From the NCBI GenBank assembly GCA_036677365.1, contig JAVBWN010000012.1, positions 1-64,000 of the forward strand: a stretch of DNA of 64,000 nt. The letters run 5' to 3'. The translations under genes were made by a program, and so were the position numbers. Below are positions 1 to 9,096 of this stretch, one piece after another. The notes under the pieces are model-generated. The model made no database searches, had not been told where the DNA came from, and worked only from the letters and a program-made list of their open reading frames with translations. The DNA is from Acholeplasma sp. (lineage in GTDB: Bacteria > Bacillota_I > Bacilli_A > Acholeplasmatales > UBA5453). Position 1 is the stretch's first letter, and each line of letters begins with the position of its first letter.

Positions 1-496
1 CTTCAATAAACTCAGAGTCCTTCAAAGAAGTTTATCTAGAAGAATCCAGGGTTCTAGTAACTTTCATAAGAAAGTATTAGAAATCGCCTTATTACATGAA
101 AGAATCAGACATAAACGAGATGACTTTTTACATAAACTATCTAACGCGATAACCAAGCGTTATGATTTGGTAAGTGTAGAAGGTTTGAATCTTAAAGATA
201 TGTCTATAGATAACACTTATTACGCCAAACAGATTTCTAGGTTTGGATGGACGAGATTTGTTTCATTCTTGAAGTACAAGTTAGAAACACAAGGTAAGAC
301 TTTGATGGTGATGGACGAGTGGTATCCATCGTCAAAGACCTGTAGTTGTTGTGGGGACATCAAAACAGATTTGAAGTTATCTGAGAGAGTCTATCATTGT
401 CCAAGTTGTGAGTTACATCTGGATAGAGATCATAACGCAGCGATCAATATCAACAAAGAAGGGTTTAGAAAGTATAAGTTAGCTTTTCAGTTATAA
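1..496 (+). CDS. tnpB: TnpB RNA-guided endonuclease (IS200/IS605 family), 5'-truncated by window edge
   Basis: Frame open from base 2 (FNKLRVLQRSLSRRIQGSSNFHK...DFLHKLS...). RuvC-II VEGL, Zn finger SSKTCSCCG...CPSC, RuvC-III DRDHNAAIN. Confidence 0.95.
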   Translation, partial: FNKLRVLQRSLSRRIQGSSNFHKKVLEIALLHERIRHKRDDFLHKLSNAITKRYDLVSVEGLNLKDMSIDNTYYAKQISRFGWTRFVSFLKYKLETQGKTLMVMDEWYPSSKTCSCCGDIKTDLKLSERVYHCPSCELHLDRDHNAAININKEGFRKYKLAFQL

Positions 497-598
497 ACAA
501 ATAAGAACCGTAGGGACTACGGGGATAGCCTATTGAGTCACTGGTGAAGACTGGTTTGGATAGGAAGCCCCCACTTCTGTAAGTGGTGGGTAGTTCAC
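1..598 (+). mobile_element. IS200/IS605-family element, right part
   Basis: tnpB, then subterminal hairpin CCCCCACTT-ctgt-AAGTGGTGGG (568-590) and terminal TTCAC (594-598), typical of an IS605-group right end. Confidence 0.85.
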
Positions 599-614
599 AA
601 GGTCAAAAACACCA
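497..614 (+). ncRNA. Predicted TnpB omegaRNA (reRNA) scaffold plus flanking guide
   Basis: Hairpin CCGTAG-gga-CTACGG (508-522), CCTAT/ATAGG pairing (529-533/560-564) and the right-end hairpin. Guide would start at 599. 5' boundary approximate. Confidence 0.7.
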
Positions 615-1872
615 CAAGATTCAAGTGATTGTCAGACAAGGTGATGTATTATCCAAAAAAGATTTGTCCGATAATCACATCGAATCGGCCAAATCGATCA
701 TCATATTGGATGATGAACAAAATGATGTCAGTCATCAAAACCATCAAGACATTTTCGCCATCAAGTCATTAATGTTATTAAATCAATTTGATATCCAACC
801 AGAACAAACCATCATCGTTGAAATTAAATCACCCTTATCTAAACACATGATTGATACCTACATATCTAAAAACATGAAGTTATCCAATCAATTGGTTACG
901 ATTTTACCCGATGAATTGATGGGACGATTGATTGCTCAAACCATCTTAATGCCAGCACTTAATGACGTTTACGCAGAATTGTTTTCCTTTAAAGGGGCTG
1001 AGTTTTATACCGTACCTAAAACCAACCCTCTTGAGTTCTTACAAACCCACCCAAAAGCCATCCCAATCTATGCTTTAGATGAAAAGCTATTCGTATTGGC
1101 TGAATCATTAGAAGCGGTCCATCAAAAGAGAAATGAACCATTGTCAGATTATCCAAAAATGGTGTTTAAAACAGACAGCCGGTACAAAGATAGACACTTG
1201 GTGGTCATTGGTAGAAACAATAAACTCAGTTATATTTTGGATTCAATTCAGTACTATGAAAGAGAAAACAACACCAAAGTTTATGTCACCATCATTGAAG
1301 AAATCAGTGTCAAAGACATATTTAAGGCTTTGGAAAAGCTGGAACAAATCGATACCATCCTCATTCTTTCGGATGACGCCTTAGAAGTTAAAGATTACGA
1401 CTCCGATGTCCTCATCACGCTCTTACTCACGCAAGATATTGTTTCTAAACACAAAGCCGAAGTGGTGATTGAGTTGTTGAATCCGAAGCATTACGATATT
1501 GCGAAATGTTATAACGTCACCAACACCATCATCTCAAATGAATACATCAGTAGAATCATCACCCAACTCAGTAAGAACCGTTCATTATACCCACTCTATA
1601 TGGATTTATTAACTTATGATGCAGAAGATGCACAAGAAGAAACCTATGAAGTTTATGCTTATAAAGCAGCCGATATCTTTGAAGGGCCTTATCCAAAACA
1701 TTTTACATCAGCCGCTCAGTTGATTTATGCGTGTTATCAATCCTCTAACCAAGAATTTGTCGTGATTGGTTTATATCAAAATGCGACAAAAACGATATTC
1801 AAAGGTGATTTGGATGTAAAACAAGATATGGTAATTGAACCAAACGATACCATCATCGCGATCTGCAAATAG
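599..1872 (+). pseudogene. C-terminal (RCK-like) part of a CASTOR/POLLUX-related ion channel, interrupted by the IS
   Basis: VIVRQGD...AKSIIIL...AIKSL; IIVEI...GRLIAQ...VYAELFSFKGAEFY; second Rossmann-like unit DSDVLITLL...VVIELL...ISNEYISRIITQ. No TM pore. The tracked GTG start lies inside the IS end. Confidence 0.7.
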
Positions 1873-1875
1873 ATG

Positions 1876-1907
1876 AAAATGCACCCCGTTCAGTGGTGCA
1901 TTTTTTT
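1876..1907 (+). terminator. Intrinsic terminator
   Basis: AAAATGCACC-loop-GGTGCATTTTTTT. Confidence 0.8.
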
Positions 1908-1959
1908 GGTGTCTAATTGCTTTTTATGGTATCTTTGGGTTACATGAGAGGTTTTAAAA

Positions 1960-3282
1960 ATGACTACACTGAAGAAAGAAATAGGCCTGTTTGGTGGCAT
2001 ATCCATCCTCGCAGGCATCATGATTGGTTCTGGTATATTTGTTTTTGGTAGTTCAATCTTAGAACGTACCGGTTATTCTCTAGGCTTGTCCTTGCTCGCT
2101 TGGGTTTTAGGGGGCATTTTAACCTTGGTTTCAGCACTCACTTATGCTGAACTCGGTACGATGTTTCCTGAAACAGGAGGTTATTATGTATATCTTAAAA
2201 AAGCATATGGTAAGAAAGTTGCTTTCCTGAGTGGGTTGATGAACTTTGTTTTATCTTCGAGTGGGTCAATCGCCTTACTCGCTTTAGCCTTCTCTGAGGT
2301 GCTGAGTTATATCGTGCCTTTGGGTGTATTTTATAAATGGGTGGCTGCTTTGGTGATTGTATTATTATCTGTCATCAACTATTTGGGTGTGAAAGCAGGG
2401 ACTTGGGTTCAAAAGATTTTCTTGATTGCGAAAATCATCCCGATTATCGGCATCATCATTGTTGGGTTATTTATGGGAACTGGATCACTAGACCTATCCT
2501 TTAATACGGCTGAACCTGTGGGATTCTTCCAATTACTCACCATGATTGGATTTGGTGTGGTTGGTACCCTTTGGGCATATGAAGGTTGGACCAACCTCAA
2601 TACGGTTGCTGGTGAGATGAAAGATGTTAAAAAAGACTTACCAAAAGCGTTGTCGATCTCAACGATTGGGGTTTCGGTCATTTATGTATTATTCATTTTC
2701 TCTTTGTACCGTATCCTAGGTACAACAACCACCATTTCTTTATCTGAGGGTGGGGCAGTGTTACCAATTCCAGCGATGATGACCCTCTTCGGTGAAACGG
2801 GCATGAGAATTGTATTTTTTTCAATACTCATCTCTATATTTGGGTCATTGAATGGCTCCATCATGGTATTCCCTCGAGTATATTACGCCATGGCAGAGGA
2901 CCAAGTATTCTTTAAAGCATTTAGATCAGTGGATGAGAAATTCAAAACCCCAAGCATCGCTATCCTTGGGTCTGGTTTGATGGCTTTGATTCTGTTGGTA
3001 TTTAATTTCCGAGATTTACTCACCTTTGTTGTGTTTGGTGGATTGATTTTCAACACACTCATATTCTTCTCGATCTATCTATTTAGAAGACGTTCACCTG
3101 AGTTGAATCGACCTTATAAAGTCATTGGATACCCTGTGGTTCCTGCATTAGCCATCTTTGGCATGCTGTTATTGATTGTTTCAACCTTAGTGGAAAGTCT
3201 AGTACCATCCTTGATTGGTTTTGGTGTCTTGATTGCAGGTTATTTCCTATACGATATCTTCCTCAAAGTTAGAAAAGCATAA
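1960..3282 (+). CDS. APC-family (LAT/SteT-like) amino acid permease
   Basis: GIMIGSGIF, YAELGTMFPETGGYY, LWAYEGW...AGE, RPYKVIGYP; about 12 TM; RBS GAGG. Confidence 0.9.
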   Translation: MTTLKKEIGLFGGISILAGIMIGSGIFVFGSSILERTGYSLGLSLLAWVLGGILTLVSALTYAELGTMFPETGGYYVYLKKAYGKKVAFLSGLMNFVLSSSGSIALLALAFSEVLSYIVPLGVFYKWVAALVIVLLSVINYLGVKAGTWVQKIFLIAKIIPIIGIIIVGLFMGTGSLDLSFNTAEPVGFFQLLTMIGFGVVGTLWAYEGWTNLNTVAGEMKDVKKDLPKALSISTIGVSVIYVLFIFSLYRILGTTTTISLSEGGAVLPIPAMMTLFGETGMRIVFFSILISIFGSLNGSIMVFPRVYYAMAEDQVFFKAFRSVDEKFKTPSIAILGSGLMALILLVFNFRDLLTFVVFGGLIFNTLIFFSIYLFRRRSPELNRPYKVIGYPVVPALAIFGMLLLIVSTLVESLVPSLIGFGVLIAGYFLYDIFLKVRKA

Positions 3283-3305
3283 GGCGGAGCTATCCGTCTT
3301 TTTTT
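3281..3305 (+). terminator. Intrinsic terminator
   Basis: AGGCGGA-gcta-TCCGTCT followed by T run. Confidence 0.7.
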
Positions 3306-3400
3306 CTAAATAGAACTAGATTCATAATGTTCTAATAGGCGTATCACACCATGAAAAACATAAATTATCGTATAATGATGAAAAAGGGGATGGATTTTTT

Positions 3401-4612
3401 ATGATCATTAAACCAACACTTAGAAACAATTTATTTTTAAATGCGCACCCGTTGGGTTGTGCTCAATATGTCAAAGATTTATTTACTGAGGCGAAACAAC
3501 TGCCTCATTTCAACGGACCTAAACGCGTCCTCATCATTGGTGGGTCATCTGGGTATGGGTTATCGAGTCGTGTAACATTGGCTCAAAATGCCCAAGCATC
3601 CACGATCAATGTGTCTTATGAATCTAAACCCAAAGATCAAAGAACAGGGACGGCAGGGTATTGGAATAATGTGGCTTTTTTAGAACAGGCCAAGGCTTTA
3701 AATTCAAAACACTTTGACATCATTGGGAATGCCTTTAGTCATCAAACCAAAGCCATCACCATCCAAAAAATCAAAGAAACCTTCGGACAAATCGATTTAC
3801 TGGTGTATTCCTTGGCTTCAGGGGCGAGACCGAACCCAGATACGGGCGAAGTGGTGTACTCAGCCATCAAACCCATTGGGGAAGATTTGAATGGCAAAAC
3901 TGTCGATATCGCATCCAAAGAAATTAGAGATATTTATATTAAAGCAGCGACAAGAGAAGAAATCAAAGGCACCGTTTACGTCATGGGTGGTGAGGATTGG
4001 CAACTTTGGGTAGAAGCACTGGAAGCGGCGGGGTGTATCGCCAAGGGATTTAAAACCATATCCTATTCTTATGTGGGTAGTGGCGCGATGGATCAGATTT
4101 ACCGCAGCGGTACGATTGGTAAAGCCAAAGACCATTTAGAAGATACTGCCTTATCGATGAATACTTGGCTTCAAGACAAATACCAAGGTGAAGCGGTCAT
4201 ATCATCTTCTAAAGCAGTCACGACCAAAGCGAGCGTGTTCATCCCTGGGTTTGTTTCTTATATCTCTTGTTTATTTGAAGTGATGAAACAACTAGGCAAC
4301 CATGAATCCATCCTAGTCCATAAACACCGCTTATTTAAAGATATGGTGTATGGAGACAAACGATTGGTTGACCATAAAAACAGAATTCGGGTCGACCACT
4401 ATGAAATGGAACCAAAGGTACAAGAACAAACCAAACATTTATTAAAACAATACCAAGACGAATCCATATTCAAATTATCAGGCACTCAATTATTTTTAAC
4501 TGAGGTACACCATAACAATGGATTTGGTTATGAAAACATCGATTATGAACAAGATGTATCATTAGAATCTTTAATACCAAAGTTAGACAATTTATTCGAT
4601 TACAACGAATGA
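3401..4612 (+). CDS. fabV: Enoyl-ACP reductase FabV / trans-2-enoyl-CoA reductase
   Basis: NAHPLGC, GPKRVLIIGGSSGYGL, TAGYWN, VYSLA, VMGGEDW, Y...GTIGKAK. Confidence 0.9.
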   Translation: MIIKPTLRNNLFLNAHPLGCAQYVKDLFTEAKQLPHFNGPKRVLIIGGSSGYGLSSRVTLAQNAQASTINVSYESKPKDQRTGTAGYWNNVAFLEQAKALNSKHFDIIGNAFSHQTKAITIQKIKETFGQIDLLVYSLASGARPNPDTGEVVYSAIKPIGEDLNGKTVDIASKEIRDIYIKAATREEIKGTVYVMGGEDWQLWVEALEAAGCIAKGFKTISYSYVGSGAMDQIYRSGTIGKAKDHLEDTALSMNTWLQDKYQGEAVISSSKAVTTKASVFIPGFVSYISCLFEVMKQLGNHESILVHKHRLFKDMVYGDKRLVDHKNRIRVDHYEMEPKVQEQTKHLLKQYQDESIFKLSGTQLFLTEVHHNNGFGYENIDYEQDVSLESLIPKLDNLFDYNE

Positions 4613-4619
4613 TTAAGTA

Positions 4620-4650
4620 AAGAGCCATTGGACACCAATGGTTTTTTCTT
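4620..4650 (+). terminator. Intrinsic terminator
   Basis: GCCATTGG-aca-CCAATGGT plus T run. Confidence 0.75.
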
Positions 4651-4824
4651 TAGAAGACCTATTCAAAGGGGTTATTGGTGTAAAGTTCACATATTGTTCA
4701 CACTTCATTCAAAAAGACATCTGTATAATGTGATACAATGATAAATAAAGTAGGGCATATGAATACTTGACACTATTTTATTAACAAATTCTTGGCTCAA
4801 ATACATATAAAGGGGTATCGTTCT

Positions 4825-7518
4825 ATGAAACAACTGATCAAAAAACCTTGGTTAATAGGCATCGTGATTACAACCATCCTGTCATTGATTTCACTCATCC
4901 ACCTGTGGGTGTTATCGTTGGATTTACTTTCACCCTATGACACTGAAAACTTCTTTTCTTTGGCGAATGACATCGCTAATGGTGGGGTTTTGGTTATTTT
5001 TTCTTTCGTTGTTGTCGTATTGTTTTATGTGTCATTAACAACCATTTTAATCTCGATATTCGGTACCATTCGAAAAACGGCTTGGGGCATGATGCCCTCG
5101 GTATTTTTCTTACTGATATTTGAAAGTGCCTTGATTGTATTCCACGTCATTAATACGTTGCTTTCTACATTCGCACTCGTATTAATCATTACTGGTATTG
5201 TGTTGGTTATTTCGGTGGTGGTTTTACTGGTCTATCGTAAACGACTACTGATTGGAGATACACCCAACGTAAATCCAACTGTTGAAGTCAAACCTTTGGG
5301 TAAAGCCATTTTAAGGGCAGTATTGATCATCGATATCGTTTCAATTCTAGTCTTCATGACGACCTTCATCGTACCACTATACTCCTTAAACGATGTATCA
5401 CCAGATTACCACGCCATCATCATTCGGGCTTTATTCTTTGGGGATACGAATCTCGAAATCATTGGATCCTTCTTAGTCAATTTCACCATTTTATTGGGTG
5501 TGTTCCTCTATTTTTCAGATATTATTTCTCATTATTTCTTCGATCAAGAACGATTCATTCAAAAATCACGTACATTGATCAATGCACTCTTCGTGTCTAC
5601 GTTAATATTCTTCATTGCGGGTTTAGCGCTCAATATCTATTACACCTTAGAAGGCAATGAAGTCGTGACATTCGCCTTCATTCCCATCGCGATGATGGTA
5701 TTTGTCATTTTCGCATTCGCCGTATTAAAAGGAAAATACCACATCGATCACCCAATGACGTATAAGCAGTTTAAATTGAAATACGCTAAAATCGAGCCAT
5801 TGATGTATGTGATTTTACTCACAGCGGTTACAGCATCCTTGTTATTTATGCCAATCATCGTGATGCAAATCACATTCGGAAACTTTGAGTATACCGTCCG
5901 TTTAACCGGCCTCAATATCTTATTAGATTATCCAAATCTAGACCCTGGTTACCGTATGGTGGCTTATGTGTTGGTTGTGATGTTGATCTCCTCAGGGCTC
6001 AGCTTGGTGATTGCTATCAGCAGTTATTTATCGAACTTTAAGCAATTCAATTCGATCGTTAAAATGGCAACCATCGTCAATGTGTTCTTTGTCTTCATCA
6101 TCGCGATTTCGGGGTATTATTTCCAAATCGCTCAAGAAATCAATCAAGCATTGATGCTCGATATGTTTGATTTTTATGGCATCACATTGCCTGAAGGTCT
6201 AGAATATGAATACAACATTGGTACCGATACGATTTATATATTGATTGCTTCTGTTGTGGTACTCATTTTAATGTTTGCGAGAAAAGCATTCGAACAACCA
6301 ACTGAACCGCTTTTCGCAACCCCACTGCCACAATCAGAAGACACAGAAACAGAAGTGGAATCCGCTTCTAATGAACCGACCGAATCAGAAGAAACCGTGA
6401 TCACGTCTTTTGACCCCTGCCCAGCATTTACCGATTTGGATCTTAAAGCAGACCAATTTAAAGCGGACATTGAAAAACGAAACGCTCAAAAAACCAACCA
6501 TACCACACTCAATCAGTTGGTGAATTTCGTTGTAGATTATGCAAAAAATTCCAGACTACATTTATCCTATACCCCAGAAGACATCGCGACATTTGTTGCG
6601 GGGATGGGGGCTTCTAAACTATCGATTTTACAAGGGATGTCAGGGACTGGTAAAACCAGTTTACCGAAGATTTTCGCTGAAGCGGTCTATGGGAACTGTG
6701 ACATCATTGAAGTTGAATCTTCCTGGAAAGATAAAAATGAGCTCTTAGGTTATTACAATGAGTTCTCCATGAAGTATACCCCTAAAAAGTTCACTCAAGC
6801 ACTGTATAAAGCTGCGTTAAACCCAGATATTTTCACATTCATCTTGCTCGATGAAATGAACTTATCGAGAATTGAATATTACTTCTCAGACTTCTTATCC
6901 TTGATGGAAAATGAAGAACACATGAGAGAGATTAAACTCATCAACATCAAGCTTTCAAGAAAAGTAGAAGGACAAGATTTCGATTACCTCGCTTTAAATG
7001 AAGGCCATACCTTAAAGGTACCAAAGAACGTTTGGTTCATTGGTACCGCCAATAGAGATGAATCGACCTTTGTTATTTCCGATAAAGTCTATGACCGAGC
7101 ACACACGATGAACTTCACGAAGCGCGCACCTAAAGTTAGAAACTACGCTGCACCAATGGAAAAACAGTTCTATGATTATGAAACCATGAACCGTTTATTT
7201 GTGGATGCGAAAAAACAAGGCAACTTTGACGCTGAAAACAGTGAATTGATCAAGGCGGTTGAAGTCTTACTTGCTCCATTCAACATATCCTTTGGTAACC
7301 GTATTTTGAAACAAATTGAAGAGTTCGTCAACATTTACCAAGCGTGTTTTGACAAAGAAAATGTCGAAAGTGAAGCCGTTGAAAAAATCCTTTTAAGCAA
7401 GGTTGTTTCTAAACTGGAAACAAAAACATTAGACGACAAAGAAAAACTAGAACAAGAATTTACGAAATTAAAACTACACCAATGTGCCGCCTTCATTCGA
7501 CGTCTCGATAATGACTAA
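4825..7518 (+). CDS. Polytopic membrane protein (about 12 TM) fused to a McrB-like AAA+ NTPase (NxD type)
   Basis: Twelve hydrophobic stretches in the first ~490 aa, then an acidic linker. Walker A GMSGTGKT (6634-6657), LLGYYNEF, Walker B LLDEMNLSRIEYYFSDFLS, IGTANRDEST (N at 7051), KVYDRA. ATG 4825 preferred (AGGGG upstream). Confidence 0.85.
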   Translation: MKQLIKKPWLIGIVITTILSLISLIHLWVLSLDLLSPYDTENFFSLANDIANGGVLVIFSFVVVVLFYVSLTTILISIFGTIRKTAWGMMPSVFFLLIFESALIVFHVINTLLSTFALVLIITGIVLVISVVVLLVYRKRLLIGDTPNVNPTVEVKPLGKAILRAVLIIDIVSILVFMTTFIVPLYSLNDVSPDYHAIIIRALFFGDTNLEIIGSFLVNFTILLGVFLYFSDIISHYFFDQERFIQKSRTLINALFVSTLIFFIAGLALNIYYTLEGNEVVTFAFIPIAMMVFVIFAFAVLKGKYHIDHPMTYKQFKLKYAKIEPLMYVILLTAVTASLLFMPIIVMQITFGNFEYTVRLTGLNILLDYPNLDPGYRMVAYVLVVMLISSGLSLVIAISSYLSNFKQFNSIVKMATIVNVFFVFIIAISGYYFQIAQEINQALMLDMFDFYGITLPEGLEYEYNIGTDTIYILIASVVVLILMFARKAFEQPTEPLFATPLPQSEDTETEVESASNEPTESEETVITSFDPCPAFTDLDLKADQFKADIEKRNAQKTNHTTLNQLVNFVVDYAKNSRLHLSYTPEDIATFVAGMGASKLSILQGMSGTGKTSLPKIFAEAVYGNCDIIEVESSWKDKNELLGYYNEFSMKYTPKKFTQALYKAALNPDIFTFILLDEMNLSRIEYYFSDFLSLMENEEHMREIKLINIKLSRKVEGQDFDYLALNEGHTLKVPKNVWFIGTANRDESTFVISDKVYDRAHTMNFTKRAPKVRNYAAPMEKQFYDYETMNRLFVDAKKQGNFDAENSELIKAVEVLLAPFNISFGNRILKQIEEFVNIYQACFDKENVESEAVEKILLSKVVSKLETKTLDDKEKLEQEFTKLKLHQCAAFIRRLDND

Positions 7519-9083
7519 TGGGTGATGCTATGGATAAAAAACAGCTCGATGCCTATCAGCGATTTTCATCGCTGCTTTCAGGGATTGAAACCTTTGTTGA
7601 AAAACACCCACAACTCACTTATATAGAATTTGATTACTATGTGGTCCACGATATGACCTTGTTTTCGATTGAACCTGAGTTTGATTTTGAACAACTTGAA
7701 CAATCGATTCAAGTGGTTAAAAAATCGATGCCAGCCTCGAAAAGAATTTTTAATAAACCCATCATCGTACTCAAAGATACCGATGATGTTTTACCTGTAG
7801 AAAACACCAGAATCATCAATCAAAATACACTGTTACACCTGGCTAACCATAGCCAACACGTCTCTAATTTAACCAAAACCGGGGTCAGACCGAGAAAGTT
7901 GTTAACTCGTATTTATGAAGATGATTACGCCATTTACGAGAACATTGTTTTTTGTAACTACATCGATGAAGTACTCTATTTCGTCAATAAAAATAGACGT
8001 ATTTTAAACAGTGTCATCTATGCTTCTGACATCATGGAATTCAATTTATTGGAAAAAGCCAATCACTTGAAATACTTTCTTGCCTTGGGTAAATTGCACA
8101 CAGGGTATATCCGCGATTTTAGCCAATATTTCAATTTATCCAAAGCCATGCTGAATGAATTGCTCGGTCTGACCAAAGTCATTCAACCCAGATTGAGTAA
8201 ACCTGTGTATAAAAAGAATAACCACAGGAATCCCAATCTACCACTCAAAAAGACCAACATCTTTTTGATGCAAAAAGACTATAAGATGGTATATAAAACC
8301 TACAAGTACTTACTCAATACCCCAAATAGCACACCTAAAGAATTACAAACAGTGGATTTTGATCGGTTTAGAAAAAACTATATACTATATGTACAACTGT
8401 TATCGATATTCGCAGCTGGTCATTTCAACTTCGTGTTGGATTCAAAAACCAAGATGAAACTGAATGCACTCGATGTGAACTTCACATTTAAAGATTGGAA
8501 ACTCAACATTCAAAACCTCAACAATGAGGCTGTCCTCTTATATTTTAAAAAAGATCAAGCGTATCGTATGATGATTGTGGGATCAGATACCGATGAAGAG
8601 ACCATTCGTGTTCAAAAATTAAGACGTCGCTTACATGAAGTGGTTGTGGTTAATCCTTTAGATGATGACTACAATAAGCGTGAAGATGTGTATGTTAGTA
8701 TGTCTGATATCGACTCCTTCAGACGTTTACAACAAATGCTACTTCGCGGGATGATACATAGCGATACCGAACGTACCGTTTGCCCATTTTGTGGGGGACA
8801 TCTCGAAAAAAATAAGCGACACGAATATCATCAATGCAGTGACTGCTTAACTCAAATCAAAACGGGTGTTTGTCCAGACACCAAACAAGCGTATTTTTAT
8901 ACAGATACACCACATCGAAGAAAACAAATGAATGTGGGGTCACTATCGGCTGAGAATGACCAATGGTACTATGAAAGACAAGTGGAGTCACTCATGTATT
9001 TTAGAAACATCACCAAGATTGACCCAAATGGTAAAATCATTTGTCCACATTGTCATAAAGTACATAAAGAAACCATGTTATAA
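7518..9083 (+). CDS. DUF2357/McrC-like partner with C-terminal Zn-binding Cys clusters
   Basis: TAATG overlap with the McrB-like gene. RPRKLL...DDYAIYENIVF and KKTNIF...DYK motifs resemble DUF2357. C-terminal CPFC, CSDC, CPD, CPHCHKVH. Confidence 0.65.
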   Translation: MGDAMDKKQLDAYQRFSSLLSGIETFVEKHPQLTYIEFDYYVVHDMTLFSIEPEFDFEQLEQSIQVVKKSMPASKRIFNKPIIVLKDTDDVLPVENTRIINQNTLLHLANHSQHVSNLTKTGVRPRKLLTRIYEDDYAIYENIVFCNYIDEVLYFVNKNRRILNSVIYASDIMEFNLLEKANHLKYFLALGKLHTGYIRDFSQYFNLSKAMLNELLGLTKVIQPRLSKPVYKKNNHRNPNLPLKKTNIFLMQKDYKMVYKTYKYLLNTPNSTPKELQTVDFDRFRKNYILYVQLLSIFAAGHFNFVLDSKTKMKLNALDVNFTFKDWKLNIQNLNNEAVLLYFKKDQAYRMMIVGSDTDEETIRVQKLRRRLHEVVVVNPLDDDYNKREDVYVSMSDIDSFRRLQQMLLRGMIHSDTERTVCPFCGGHLEKNKRHEYHQCSDCLTQIKTGVCPDTKQAYFYTDTPHRRKQMNVGSLSAENDQWYYERQVESLMYFRNITKIDPNGKIICPHCHKVHKETML

Positions 9084-9096
9084 GAGGTATATAGTC

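Noticed and set aside
497..598. IStron (group I intron-IS hybrid) restoring the channel mRNA
   Set aside because: The element appears to end in C (TTCAC), not the terminal G needed for group I splicing; the 5' part is not visible.
583..598. GTG 583 as the native start of the 429-aa ORF
   Set aside because: It lies inside the IS right-end hairpin with no well-spaced RBS, and the protein begins mid-domain.
8932..9096. N-terminal extension of cat (similar upstream extensions at 4792, 10281, 17974, 20939, 31723, 36606, 41664, 52736, 60771)
   Set aside because: They overlap neighbouring genes or promoters; downstream ATGs have RBSs and match family starts.
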